From positions 1,632,001-1,696,000 of the forward strand of contig OY761614.1 in assembly GCA_963664825.1 (NCBI GenBank): a DNA stretch of 64,000 nucleotides, in the 5' to 3' direction. Below, in pieces: positions 49,696 to 58,997 of this stretch. This DNA is from an uncultured Holophaga sp. (GTDB lineage: Bacteria; Acidobacteriota; Holophagae; Holophagales; Holophagaceae). The notes below the pieces were generated by a model. It had not been told where the DNA came from. It searched no databases and saw nothing but the letters and a program-made list of their open reading frames with translations. Numbering within the stretch: position 1 is the first letter of the stretch; each line of letters begins with the position of its first letter. Position numbers and translations under genes: made by a program.

Positions 49696-49709
49696 GGCGT
49701 TGCTGCGAT

Positions 49710-49744
49710 AAAAGAACGGGCCCTTTTCCGGGCCCGTTCTTTTT
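49710..49744 (+). terminator. Intrinsic terminator after argF
   Basis: aaaagaacgggccc-ttttcc-gggcccgttctttt. Confidence 0.88.
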
Positions 49745-49780
49745 ATTTGAGAGGGGATTGACTCTTGGGTTTCGCAGATT

Positions 49781-49797
49781 ACTCTGTATTGCAGAGT
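49781..49797. promoter_or_regulatory. Inverted repeat ACTCTG-N5-CAGAGT, candidate operator
   Basis: Overlaps a possible -10 (TTGACT at 49758, TACTCT at 49780) upstream of a 3-gene operon ending in a wHTH regulator. Confidence 0.5.
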
Positions 49798-49848
49798 TCT
49801 CCTTGGCAATGGTGCCGATTGAGCTCTGAACCGACCCCGGAGGTCCCC

Positions 49849-50412
49849 ATGATCCCTTCCCGTTTTTTCCTTCCCCTCTTCTGCTGCGCGGCTCTTGCCG
49901 CTTCTGCCCCCGAATCTTCTGCCCAGCTCATGGAGAAGCCGGTGGCCTTCAGCGGGCCTTCCGCCATCCAGACCTTCGCGGAAGGCACCTTCTTCCACTT
50001 GAGCCTCAGGACCACCTATCCGGAGATCCCGGCCCGGATGATGGAACTGGTGCCCCAGCTTCAAAGGGCCCTGGCGGCCGCGGGTCTGACGAATGCGAGT
50101 CCCCTGCAGGTTGTCTATCACGGGATGAATGGGGACCCGAGCAAGGCCTTCGAAATGGAGGTGGGCGTGCGGGTGCCCAAGGGCACCCAGGCCTCCGGTG
50201 GGTGCCAGGTGCGGACCCTCCAGGCCTTCACCTGCGCCACCAAGGTTTTCACGGGTTCCTTCTCTCAAATCGGGAAGGCCTATGCGGACCTGTATTCGAC
50301 CCTGGTGGCCAGTGGCAAGCAGCCCCAGCCGGAGACCCGCCAGATGGTCCTGTTCTGGGAGGGCGAAACCTCCATCAACAACATGCTGCTGATTCAGATC
50401 GGCATCCAGTAG
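49849..50412 (+). CDS. Secreted GyrI-like small-molecule-binding protein
   Basis: Signal peptide; FEMEVGVRV, FTGSFSQIGKAY..LY pattern; GGAGG RBS. Confidence 0.75.
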   Translation: MIPSRFFLPLFCCAALAASAPESSAQLMEKPVAFSGPSAIQTFAEGTFFHLSLRTTYPEIPARMMELVPQLQRALAAAGLTNASPLQVVYHGMNGDPSKAFEMEVGVRVPKGTQASGGCQVRTLQAFTCATKVFTGSFSQIGKAYADLYSTLVASGKQPQPETRQMVLFWEGETSINNMLLIQIGIQ

Positions 50413-50462
50413 CCTGAACCCGCCACGCAGGTCATCTACACTTGAATCCGATTGGAGCGAAT

Positions 50463-51047
50463 ATGCCCACCATCACCCAGGAGGAAGCCCGGGATGCCCT
50501 GGCCGATATCGACCAGGTGGCCCGCCAGACCCGTCGCGCCGTGGCTGGAAGTGAGCTGGGCACCAATCTACTCCTCTGGGGGGCCGTCTGGATCCTAGGG
50601 TTTACCCTAAGCTACCTTTCTCCTCGGAACAGTGGCCGGATCTGGATGGTGCTTTCGGCCTTGGGCATCGTGGGCACGGTGGGGGCGGGAATTCGCCATC
50701 ACCGGAAGGGGATGGTGCAGAGCGAACAGGCCCGGAAACTGCTGGGGCAGATCGCCCTCTTCTGGCTGGCCGTGATCACGTACGCCATGGTGCTGGGGTT
50801 GCTGATCCCCAGGAAGAATGGCGTGGACGAGCTGACCCTGATCATCAGCGTCATGATGCTGGCCTATGTGCTGATGGGCATCTGGCTCCGAAGCCCCATC
50901 CTCAGCGCCATCGGGATCCTGGTCACGATCGCCACATTGGTGGGCCGCGCATGGTTGCCGCCCCGGTACTTCATGCTCTGGATGGCGGTCTTCGGCGGGG
51001 GCGGACTCTTCGTGCCGGGCCTCTACGTCAAGCTGCGCTGGAAGTGA
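50463..51047 (+). CDS. Hypothetical membrane protein (about 6 TM)
   Basis: Hydrophobic helices; GGAG RBS. Confidence 0.8.
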   Translation: MPTITQEEARDALADIDQVARQTRRAVAGSELGTNLLLWGAVWILGFTLSYLSPRNSGRIWMVLSALGIVGTVGAGIRHHRKGMVQSEQARKLLGQIALFWLAVITYAMVLGLLIPRKNGVDELTLIISVMMLAYVLMGIWLRSPILSAIGILVTIATLVGRAWLPPRYFMLWMAVFGGGGLFVPGLYVKLRWK

Positions 51048-51049
51048 TC

Positions 51050-51343
51050 ATGGCCGAACTCAATGAGGTCATCCACCAGCCCGTTCGTCTGAGGATCGTC
51101 GCCGCCCTGGCGGCCCTCGACGCGGATGCCCGGGTGGATTTCACCTACGTGAAAAATCTCCTGAAGCTCTCCGATGGCAATCTGGGCGCCCATCTCCTGA
51201 GGCTGGAAGAGGCGGGCTACCTCGTCCAGGACAAGACCTTCGTGGACCGCAAGCCCCGCACCTACCTGCATCTGACCCCGGAGGGCCGGGCCGCCTTCCA
51301 ACAGCACGTGAAGGCCCTGAGGGAGATCCTGGGGCAGGGGTGA
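51050..51343 (+). CDS. Winged-helix transcriptional regulator (HTH_34/MarR-like)
   Basis: IHQPVRLRI, DF..VK..L.LSDGNLGAHL..LEEAGY, KPRT, LT.EGR.AF. Confidence 0.92.
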   Translation: MAELNEVIHQPVRLRIVAALAALDADARVDFTYVKNLLKLSDGNLGAHLLRLEEAGYLVQDKTFVDRKPRTYLHLTPEGRAAFQQHVKALREILGQG

Positions 51344-51454
51344 TGTCCTGTAATACATTAAATAACTCAGAATGTTTTATAGGGGCTAAACTCAGAGGAA
51401 TTCCAACAAAGGTCTACCCCGCTCCGGGTGGGCTAACTCCCAAAGGATTCCTCC

Positions 51455-51604
51455 ATGGACCTTTGTGCTCTCACCGAGTCCGACATATGGAATCAGTTCA
51501 TCACCCCTGCCCTTCAGGCGGCCGGGTGGGACCTGGAAATCCAGAATCGCCGCAAGGTCATATACACGGCTGATCGGATCAGGGTTCGCGGTCGAATGAG
51601 GTAG
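51455..51604 (+). pseudogene. hsdR: N-terminal relic of a type I restriction subunit HsdR (EcoAI-like)
   Basis: MDLCALTESDIWNQFITPALQAAGWDLEIQNRRKVIYTADRIRVRGR* follows the L[ST]E.DI...FITPAL..AGWD...Q.R.....T.GRI.VRG start of EcoAI-type HsdR; stops after 49 aa. Confidence 0.75.
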
Positions 51605-51665
51605 ACCTCATTACTGAAACTGCCGGAAAAACCATCAAGAGACTCCAGGTTCCAAAGGACCACCC

Positions 51666-54248
51666 ATGCAACCTGACAAATCCTCGATCGTCCAGCTCTT
51701 CGATAACCGTGAGCAGTATCTGATCCCGCTCTTCCAGCGAGGTTATGTTTGGACCCTCACGGAAGAGGTTCTGCCGCTATGGGATGACATCACGGACCGG
51801 GTAGAAGGCCTGAGGGAACGGTATTCCGTCCTAGAGGCGGGAGCCAAGGAAAGCCAGCTCAAGCCCATCCGGAAACATTTCCTCGGCACGCTGGTGCTGG
51901 GCGCCCCTTCGGACAATGGCGGCGATCGTATCAACACCCGGGAGGTCATTGATGGCCAGCAGCGCATCACCACCTTCCAACTGATGTTCCTGGCCTTCCG
52001 GGATCTTGTGAAGGTCACGGGGGACGAAGGCCTGATGGATGACCTGAGGCAACTCACTCGGAACAAGGGCGACTACAAGGACAAGACCGATCACCACAAG
52101 GTCCGCCCGACCAATGTGGGGCGGGATATCCTTCAAGGGTTGGTGGAGCAAGGGGGGCTTGAGCCCGTATGCAAGCGCTACCCCGTGAAGGTGAACGGCA
52201 AGCGCACGGAACGTCCGCCCCTCGTCCAGACCTACCTTTTCTTCTATGGCCTGCTGTCCCTGTTCCTGCGAGGGAAGGCCCATGACGAGCGGATTCCTAT
52301 CGAGCGGGACCCGGAAGGGCAAACCTTGGCCCACGCCCTGATCCATTCCATCGGTCGGGATTCCTATCTCCAGATCCCCTACGGACATCTCCCCATGGAG
52401 TTGGCCAACGCACGGTTGCTGATGAAGGCGCTCCACCATTGCTTCCAGGTAATGGTGCTGAAGCTAGATGATCGCGAGGATGACCCTCAGATCATTTTCG
52501 AGACCCTGAATGCCCGGGGTGTGCCCTTACAGCCCAGTGATCTGGTGCGGAACTACCTCTTCCTGCAGTTCTCCCGGAATGGCGAGGATGTGGACGCCCT
52601 CTACGACCAGTTTTGGAAGCCCTTTGACGAAAAGCCGGACAACGAGGCTGGCGCCAAAGGCACCAAGTTCTGGAAAGTGGAAGAAACCCAGGGGCGCCTC
52701 AAGAACTCCCGCCTGGACCTGCTGCTCTATCACTACCTGGGGCTGCGCCGCCAGGAAGACCTCAAGGTTTCCTCTGTTTTCGAAGGCTTTCGGGAGTGGT
52801 GGGGTGCCAAGGAACGCAATACCGAACAGGAACTTGAGCAACTTCACAACATCGCAGGCTATTTTTCGACCTTCCTGGCACCAACGCAAGGAACCCGGCT
52901 TGGGTCCTTCTGCCGCCGGATGAAGTTGCTGGATACCGCCACCCTGACGCCGTTGGTGCTGTATTTCCTGGAACAGCACGGGGAGGAAGCGGAGGCTGTT
53001 ACGGCCGTACTGGACGATCTGGAATCCTACGTGGTGCGCCGCTTCGTCTGTGGTTTCACTCCCAAGGGTTACAACCGCATCTTCCTGAACCGCCTCCTGG
53101 GTGAGATGGTTCGCGATGGATCCTCGGATCCGGGCCTGCTAAGAAAGAAGCTGCACGACCTGGATGGCGAGAGCCAGCGCTGGCCAGCCGACCCCGAGTT
53201 CCGCCAGGCATGGTGCCATCGCGCGTTGTACACGAACCGGGCGAGCAAGGTCCGGGGCCTGCTGGAAGCCCTGGAACTGTCGCTGCGTTCCGACAAGCAG
53301 GAATGGCAGAACCTGCCGACGGCCCTGACCGTGGAACACGTTCTTCCGCAAAAGTGGGCTCCGGACCATTGGCCGATCGAAACCATGACGGATGAATCCA
53401 TCGCTACCCGGACGAGGCTCCTGCACAGCATCGGGAACCTCACCCTGGTCACCCCCCAATTCAATTCGTCCCTAAGCAACGCTCCCTTCAAGGCAAAGCG
53501 GAAGGAGATCGTCAGCACCAGCCTCCTGATGCTGAACACCTACTTCCAGAAGTTCACGGACGACCAGGCTTGGGACGAAATCCGCATCAAAGCCCGAAGC
53601 GAGGAACTCTTTGAACTGGCCACGAAGATCTGGCCCCACCCTGGACCAAGGGCCGGTGCGACCCAGGTAGCCATTCAGACAATTGATGGGACCGCAGATG
53701 ACACCCCGGCCTCCGAAATTTGGCAGCCGCTCAAGAAAGCCAGGAAACCTACTGTTGGGGAGCAAGGGCCGTGGAATGGCGAATACTACGCCGCCTTTGG
53801 CGACGAGGAATCCCGGAACTGGTTCGAGGCGATCAAATATGGCTTCATCTCTGCTGGGGGTGGCCCTTGGTACAGCAAGACCCTCGCCCTACTGAAACCC
53901 GGCGGCCGCGTCTGGGTGTTCATTCCTGGCCGGGGCTATGTCGGCGTCGGGATCATCGAAGAGCCCGTCGTCAAGGTGGATGCCTTCCAGGTGACGCTTG
54001 AGGATGGCCGGCGAGTCCCCATCCACCATCCCGATGCCCGGATCCAAGCTCCGCAGATGTTCACGCACATGGCCGACCCAGAAAAGGCCGAATATGTGGT
54101 GCGGGTGAAGTGGATTCAAACTCATTCCCCATCCGAGGCCGTCTGGGAACCAGACCTTTTCGCGATCCAGCATTCGGCCTGTCGGCCCAGGTCCTTGGCA
54201 TGGTCGCGGACAGTGGGGCGGCTGAAGGAAATCTGGGGGGTGCAGTGA
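51666..54248 (+). CDS. GmrSD-like type IV restriction nuclease (DUF262 + DUF1524/HNH) with an extra C-terminal domain
   Basis: IPLFQRGYVW, VIDGQQRITT, IFETLNARG; TVEHVLPQ, IGNLTL..NSSLSN; about 160-aa tail starting PWNGEYY. Confidence 0.88.
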   Translation: MQPDKSSIVQLFDNREQYLIPLFQRGYVWTLTEEVLPLWDDITDRVEGLRERYSVLEAGAKESQLKPIRKHFLGTLVLGAPSDNGGDRINTREVIDGQQRITTFQLMFLAFRDLVKVTGDEGLMDDLRQLTRNKGDYKDKTDHHKVRPTNVGRDILQGLVEQGGLEPVCKRYPVKVNGKRTERPPLVQTYLFFYGLLSLFLRGKAHDERIPIERDPEGQTLAHALIHSIGRDSYLQIPYGHLPMELANARLLMKALHHCFQVMVLKLDDREDDPQIIFETLNARGVPLQPSDLVRNYLFLQFSRNGEDVDALYDQFWKPFDEKPDNEAGAKGTKFWKVEETQGRLKNSRLDLLLYHYLGLRRQEDLKVSSVFEGFREWWGAKERNTEQELEQLHNIAGYFSTFLAPTQGTRLGSFCRRMKLLDTATLTPLVLYFLEQHGEEAEAVTAVLDDLESYVVRRFVCGFTPKGYNRIFLNRLLGEMVRDGSSDPGLLRKKLHDLDGESQRWPADPEFRQAWCHRALYTNRASKVRGLLEALELSLRSDKQEWQNLPTALTVEHVLPQKWAPDHWPIETMTDESIATRTRLLHSIGNLTLVTPQFNSSLSNAPFKAKRKEIVSTSLLMLNTYFQKFTDDQAWDEIRIKARSEELFELATKIWPHPGPRAGATQVAIQTIDGTADDTPASEIWQPLKKARKPTVGEQGPWNGEYYAAFGDEESRNWFEAIKYGFISAGGGPWYSKTLALLKPGGRVWVFIPGRGYVGVGIIEEPVVKVDAFQVTLEDGRRVPIHHPDARIQAPQMFTHMADPEKAEYVVRVKWIQTHSPSEAVWEPDLFAIQHSACRPRSLAWSRTVGRLKEIWGVQ

Positions 54249-54295
54249 GGGAAAGCTCTTCGCTGGCTTTGGGCAATCATTCCCGGGGATATCCC

Positions 54296-55276
54296 ATGCG
54301 CCCTATCCCCTTCATCCTGGTCTTCTCCCTGCTGCCCCTTTCCGCTCAGTCGCCGGATGAAGAGATGGCCCGCCTTCGGGACGCCGATCAGGCCGTCCGC
54401 CAAGGGCCCATGCCCACGGAGAAGGAGCGGATCCTGGAACTCCAGGCTCAGGAACTCCAACGCCGGGATCGGGCGCGGGCCCTGCTGCGGGAAGACCGGC
54501 TGAAGGACGCACATAGCTACGGCGCTGCGGCCCTCATCTTCCAGCACGGGGACAGCCTAGACGATTTCCTGGTGGCCCGGGAACTAGCCCTCCTGGCCTG
54601 TTTCAGGAAGGCCACGTATGGCAACATGCCCTTCCTGGCCGAGGACCGCTTCCTCACTAGGCTAGGCCGCCCCCAGCGCTTTGGGTCCCAGTATCTGAAT
54701 CAGCACACCCGGGACCAGGAACCCATCGAGGAGAAGGGCGCCAACGTGGTTACGGACGCCCTGCGCCTGGATGCCTTCCTGCCGCCCCTGCGCGTGAGTC
54801 GTGCTGGCACTCCGGAGCAAGCCAACGCGGAAGCCTCCTCCGCGATCATGGCCCGCATCAGGGGCCGCATGAAGGCGGACGCCAAGGGGCCGGAATGGAT
54901 CACGGACCCCGCGCGCAGTCCCGCGGCACCTGTCCTGGCCAGCCTGGATGCGAAGGGGGATCCGGCGAGTCTCCGGGCGAGGCTGTTCGATCTCTACCGC
55001 AGGGACCAGTTTTTCATCCCCGGGGACTACCACCGGGCCGCCGAGCTGCTCCTAGCCGTGGCCCAGGGTTCGTCGGATCTGCTCCTGGCCAACGAATGGG
55101 CCGCCCTGGCCGTGATGCGCCTGTATGGTCCAGCCTGGCGCACCTTCGCGCATTCCTGGGACCGCTACGCCCAATCCATCGGACAGCCCTCCCGTTACGG
55201 GACCCTGCCTGGCAGCGCTCAGGTCCCCTCCATCCCGCCCGCCGTGGTCAGGGCGATGCGGGCCGAGGGCCTCTGA
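54296..55276 (+). CDS. Secreted hypothetical protein with a duplicated DUF6624-like helical module
   Basis: Signal peptide; DQAVR, AALIFQHG, DRFL..LGRPQRFGSQ, repeated as DRYA..IGQPSRYGT. Confidence 0.7.
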   Translation: MRPIPFILVFSLLPLSAQSPDEEMARLRDADQAVRQGPMPTEKERILELQAQELQRRDRARALLREDRLKDAHSYGAAALIFQHGDSLDDFLVARELALLACFRKATYGNMPFLAEDRFLTRLGRPQRFGSQYLNQHTRDQEPIEEKGANVVTDALRLDAFLPPLRVSRAGTPEQANAEASSAIMARIRGRMKADAKGPEWITDPARSPAAPVLASLDAKGDPASLRARLFDLYRRDQFFIPGDYHRAAELLLAVAQGSSDLLLANEWAALAVMRLYGPAWRTFAHSWDRYAQSIGQPSRYGTLPGSAQVPSIPPAVVRAMRAEGL

Positions 55277-55321
55277 TCGACCCCTGGGGCCTCTTTCCGG
55301 GATACTGGGAGCGGAGGTCCT

Positions 55322-56935
55322 GTGCGCGCCCTTACTCTCCCCCTCATAACCCTGATCTCGGCCCTGCCCGTCCTTTCCGCTCCGCGGCCCAGCCTCGTGG
55401 TGGTCATCTCCGTGGATCAGTTCTCGGAAGATCTCATGGCGCGCTGGGGCAAGGATCTGCCCGGGGGCCTCGGCCGCCTGGCAGGTGAGGGCACGTGGTT
55501 CCGGGGGGCCTACCATGACCATGGCTACACGGAGACCGGACCGGGGCATTCGGTGATCCTGAGCGGCCGCCATCCGGCCCACACCGGCATCACGGAGAAT
55601 CGATGGCTGGATCGAGCCACGGGCAAGTGGGCGTACTGCGTGGAGGATCCTGCATCCCCAGTGCTGGGGGCCGGGAGGCGCGGGGCCAGCGCCCTGAACT
55701 TTCGCGGCACGACCCTGGGCCAGTGGGTGCGGAATCAGATTCCCGGGGGGCGGAGCTTTGCCATGACCGGCAAGGATCGTTCGGCGATCCTCATGGCCGG
55801 GGCCCAGGGGGACGGGGTCTACTGGTTCGAGCCGGGGGTGGGCTTCACCACTTCCACCGCCTACGCCAAGGAACTCCCCCCATGGCTCCAGGCCCACAAC
55901 CGCCAACTGCTCCAGGGGATCCAGAGCGGCAGCTTCTTCTGGGAGGCCTCCGCAGGCCAGCCGGAGCCGGGGGGGACCTACCTCATCCGGGGGAAATCCA
56001 TCTCCTTTGGACTGCCCCGGCTGGTCCAGGGCGTGGGCATGCCCTTGGACGGCGCCTTCTGGAACCGCTTCAAGGCTTCGCCCTTCTTCGATCAGTCCAT
56101 CCTGGACGCCGCGGAAGCCCTCATGGAACACGAGCATCTGGGGCTGGGCAAGGGCACCGATCTGCTGGCCCTGGGCCTTTCGGCCACGGACTATGTGGGC
56201 CATGAATTCGGCAACCAGGGCCCGGAGATGCGGGATCAGATCCGCCGATTGGACCACGCTCTGGGGGAATTCCTGGCGCGCCTTCAAAAGAGGAACCCCG
56301 GAGCCTGGGTCGTCCTGACGGCGGATCACGGGGCGGGCGATTTTCCCGAGCGCCTCCTGGCCCAGGGCATCACCTCCCAGCGCCTGGATATCATCGCCTG
56401 GGGTCGCGCCCTGGACCGCGCAGTGGGCCAGCATCTGGGCGTAGAGCGCCCCCTCTTCCGCACGCCGGATTCCGCGCAGCTCTATCTGGATGAAGGGGCC
56501 CTCCGCGCCACCGGGAAGCGCCGCAGCGAGGTCCTCCGCCTGGCCGCGGAAATCGCGAAGAAGGATCCCGATATCCTCGAGGCCTGCACGGCAGAAGAAC
56601 TGGAAGCCATGGACCCGGCAGGGAATCCCAATCCCGAGGGGCGTCCCTATGGGGAGCGCCTGCGCCTGAGCTATGTGCCGGGGCGCTCCGGGGATCTCCT
56701 GCTGGCCTTCCGCCCCTCGGTGATGATCGATGATCCAGCCCATGTGGCCAACCATGGCCATCCGTGCGACACGGACCGCCGGGTGCCCCTGATCTTCTGG
56801 GGCCCCTGGGAGGCAGCAACACGCTTCGAACCGGTGCGCATCGTGGATTTGGCCCCGACCCTGGCCCGGGAACTCCAAATCCGCCCCGGGGAAGGTGTGG
56901 ATGGCAAGCCCCTGGAACTGGGCCGCAGGCCCTGA
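55322..56935 (+). CDS. Alkaline phosphatase superfamily protein (PafA-like)
   Basis: ISVDQ, TETGPGH, KDRSAI, TDYVGH.FG, TADHG, HG.P.D.DR.VP. Confidence 0.9.
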   Translation: MRALTLPLITLISALPVLSAPRPSLVVVISVDQFSEDLMARWGKDLPGGLGRLAGEGTWFRGAYHDHGYTETGPGHSVILSGRHPAHTGITENRWLDRATGKWAYCVEDPASPVLGAGRRGASALNFRGTTLGQWVRNQIPGGRSFAMTGKDRSAILMAGAQGDGVYWFEPGVGFTTSTAYAKELPPWLQAHNRQLLQGIQSGSFFWEASAGQPEPGGTYLIRGKSISFGLPRLVQGVGMPLDGAFWNRFKASPFFDQSILDAAEALMEHEHLGLGKGTDLLALGLSATDYVGHEFGNQGPEMRDQIRRLDHALGEFLARLQKRNPGAWVVLTADHGAGDFPERLLAQGITSQRLDIIAWGRALDRAVGQHLGVERPLFRTPDSAQLYLDEGALRATGKRRSEVLRLAAEIAKKDPDILEACTAEELEAMDPAGNPNPEGRPYGERLRLSYVPGRSGDLLLAFRPSVMIDDPAHVANHGHPCDTDRRVPLIFWGPWEAATRFEPVRIVDLAPTLARELQIRPGEGVDGKPLELGRRP

Positions 56936-56942
56936 TGCTTTC

Positions 56943-58784
56943 CTAGGGAATGATCGGTCCCTCCGCCTTGGCAGAGGGCTTCCTGCTGGCGGCGATTGCT
57001 CTTATCCATCGGGGCGTGGCGTCCACGAGGATGAGCAAGAGGCAGAGGAGGATCACGCCCGTGAGTGCGAAGTTGATGGCGCCGCTGACGCGGGTGGAAG
57101 CCACCGTCATCTGGGGCCAATAGAGGTTCTTCATGTTCAGGAGGCTGGCTGTGACGGTGACGACGCCCACGAAGACCATGGGCACCAGCGTCACCCAGGC
57201 GTACCGGGCCTTGCCCCGGTTGAGGAGGAAGCTGGTCCCCACCGCCAGGGCGATGACGGCCAGGAGCTGGTTGGCCGTGCCCAGGAGGGGCCAGAGGGTC
57301 ATGATGTTGCCGGTGTAGATGAAGTAGCCCCAGCTCACGACGATGAGCGTGCTGGAAATGAGCGTCCCGGGCAGCCAATTGGGCCTTCCGAAGGGTTTCC
57401 ACAGCTTGCCCCCGGCCTCCTGGAGCACGAAGCGGGCGATGCGCGTGCCCGCGTCGATGACCGTGAGGATGAAGAGGGCCTCGAACATGATGGCGAAGTG
57501 GTACCAGTAGGACATGAGGGACTTGAGGCCTGGGATGGCGCTGAAGATCTGAGCCATGCCCACCGCCAGGGAGACGGCGCCTCCCGTGCGGCCCGCCACG
57601 TGCTCACCTACCTGGCGAGAGAGTTCGGGCAGATTGCTCTGGGTGAAGCCCATGGCATGGAGCTGGTTGGCGATGGCGGCGAACTTGTCGGCCGGCACGT
57701 TGATCTGGAAGTAGTCCAGGGGGAATAGGGAGCAGGCCGCCACCAGCGCCAGCACGCTCACCACGGTTTCCGTGAGCATGGCGCCGAAGCCGATGATGCG
57801 GGCGTCTCGCTCCCGGGTGATCATCTTGGGCGTGGTCCCGGAACTCACCAGGCTATGGAAGCCGCTGATGGCGCCGCAGGCGATGGTGATGAAGAGGTAC
57901 GGGAAGAGGGTCCCGGGCACCACGGGCCCGTGCCCATGGATGAAGGTCGTCACGGCGGGCATGCGCATGTGCGGCCCCACGAAGATGACCCCCAGGGCCA
58001 GGGCGCCGATGACCGTCACCTTCATGATGGAGCTGAGGTAGTCCCGGGGGGAGAGCAGCAGCCACACGGGCAGGACGGAGGCCGTGAAGCCGTAGGCGCA
58101 GAGCAGGAGGGTCAGGGTGTGGTGGCTGAAGGTGAAGTAGGGAGCCAGACTTGAGCCCGGGATGAAGCGACCGAAGATCACCGCCAGGCTCATGAGGATC
58201 ACCCCCGCGATGGTGGCTTCCACGATCTTGCCGGGGCGCAGCTTGTACATCCAGAGGCCCATGGCGATGGCGATGGGGATGGTGGCCGCGATGGTGAAGG
58301 TGCCCCAGGAACTCTCCGCCAGGGAGTTCACCACCACCAGCCCCAGGGAGGCCATGGAGATGAGGATCACGAACAGGATGGCGATGGAGGCCAGGATGCC
58401 GCTGGGGCGGCTGATCTCGGCGCTCACGATCTCCGCCAGGGACTTGCCGTCGTGGCGCAGGCTGGCCACCAGGATCACGTAGTCGTGGACGGCGCCGGCG
58501 AGCACGGATCCAAGCAGCATCCACAGGAGCCCGGGCATGTAGCCGAACTGCGCGGCGAGGACGGGCCCCACCAGCGGGCCGGCGCCGGCGATGGCGGCGA
58601 AGTGGTGGCCGAAGAGCACCCAACGGCTGGTGGGATAGAAGTTGTGGCCATCGTAGAAACGGTGGGCGGGGGTGACGAGGGCGTCGTCGAGAGTGGCCAC
58701 CTTGGCGGCGATCCAGCAATGGTAGAAGCGATAGGAGAGAGCCAGGAAGGCTAAGGAGAGCAAGACCAGAGGCATCGCGTTCAT
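56943..58784 (-). CDS. cstA: Carbon starvation protein A family transporter
   Basis: TPAH, GHHFAAIAGAGPLVGP, GAVHD, IACGAISGFH, HFAIMFEALFILT. Confidence 0.95.
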   Translation of the reverse strand: MNAMPLVLLSLAFLALSYRFYHCWIAAKVATLDDALVTPAHRFYDGHNFYPTSRWVLFGHHFAAIAGAGPLVGPVLAAQFGYMPGLLWMLLGSVLAGAVHDYVILVASLRHDGKSLAEIVSAEISRPSGILASIAILFVILISMASLGLVVVNSLAESSWGTFTIAATIPIAIAMGLWMYKLRPGKIVEATIAGVILMSLAVIFGRFIPGSSLAPYFTFSHHTLTLLLCAYGFTASVLPVWLLLSPRDYLSSIMKVTVIGALALGVIFVGPHMRMPAVTTFIHGHGPVVPGTLFPYLFITIACGAISGFHSLVSSGTTPKMITRERDARIIGFGAMLTETVVSVLALVAACSLFPLDYFQINVPADKFAAIANQLHAMGFTQSNLPELSRQVGEHVAGRTGGAVSLAVGMAQIFSAIPGLKSLMSYWYHFAIMFEALFILTVIDAGTRIARFVLQEAGGKLWKPFGRPNWLPGTLISSTLIVVSWGYFIYTGNIMTLWPLLGTANQLLAVIALAVGTSFLLNRGKARYAWVTLVPMVFVGVVTVTASLLNMKNLYWPQMTVASTRVSGAINFALTGVILLCLLLILVDATPRWIRAIAASRKPSAKAEGPIIP

Positions 58785-58997
58785 GGGACCCTTCGCTAAA
58801 AGGCGTTGGACAACTTATGTCTTCATTCTATAGAGGAACCCCGGGACCTGTGCCGAGGGGCACAAACTCTGAGAGGAGGGCCCGGGGCAGTCCAGGGACT
58901 GGTTTGGCACGGCCCTAGCTTCATCCCATCAGGGAAATCATCCTTAACCAGGGTCCTGTGGGATCCCGTGGGTCACAATGAATATTGGAGGGATGTC

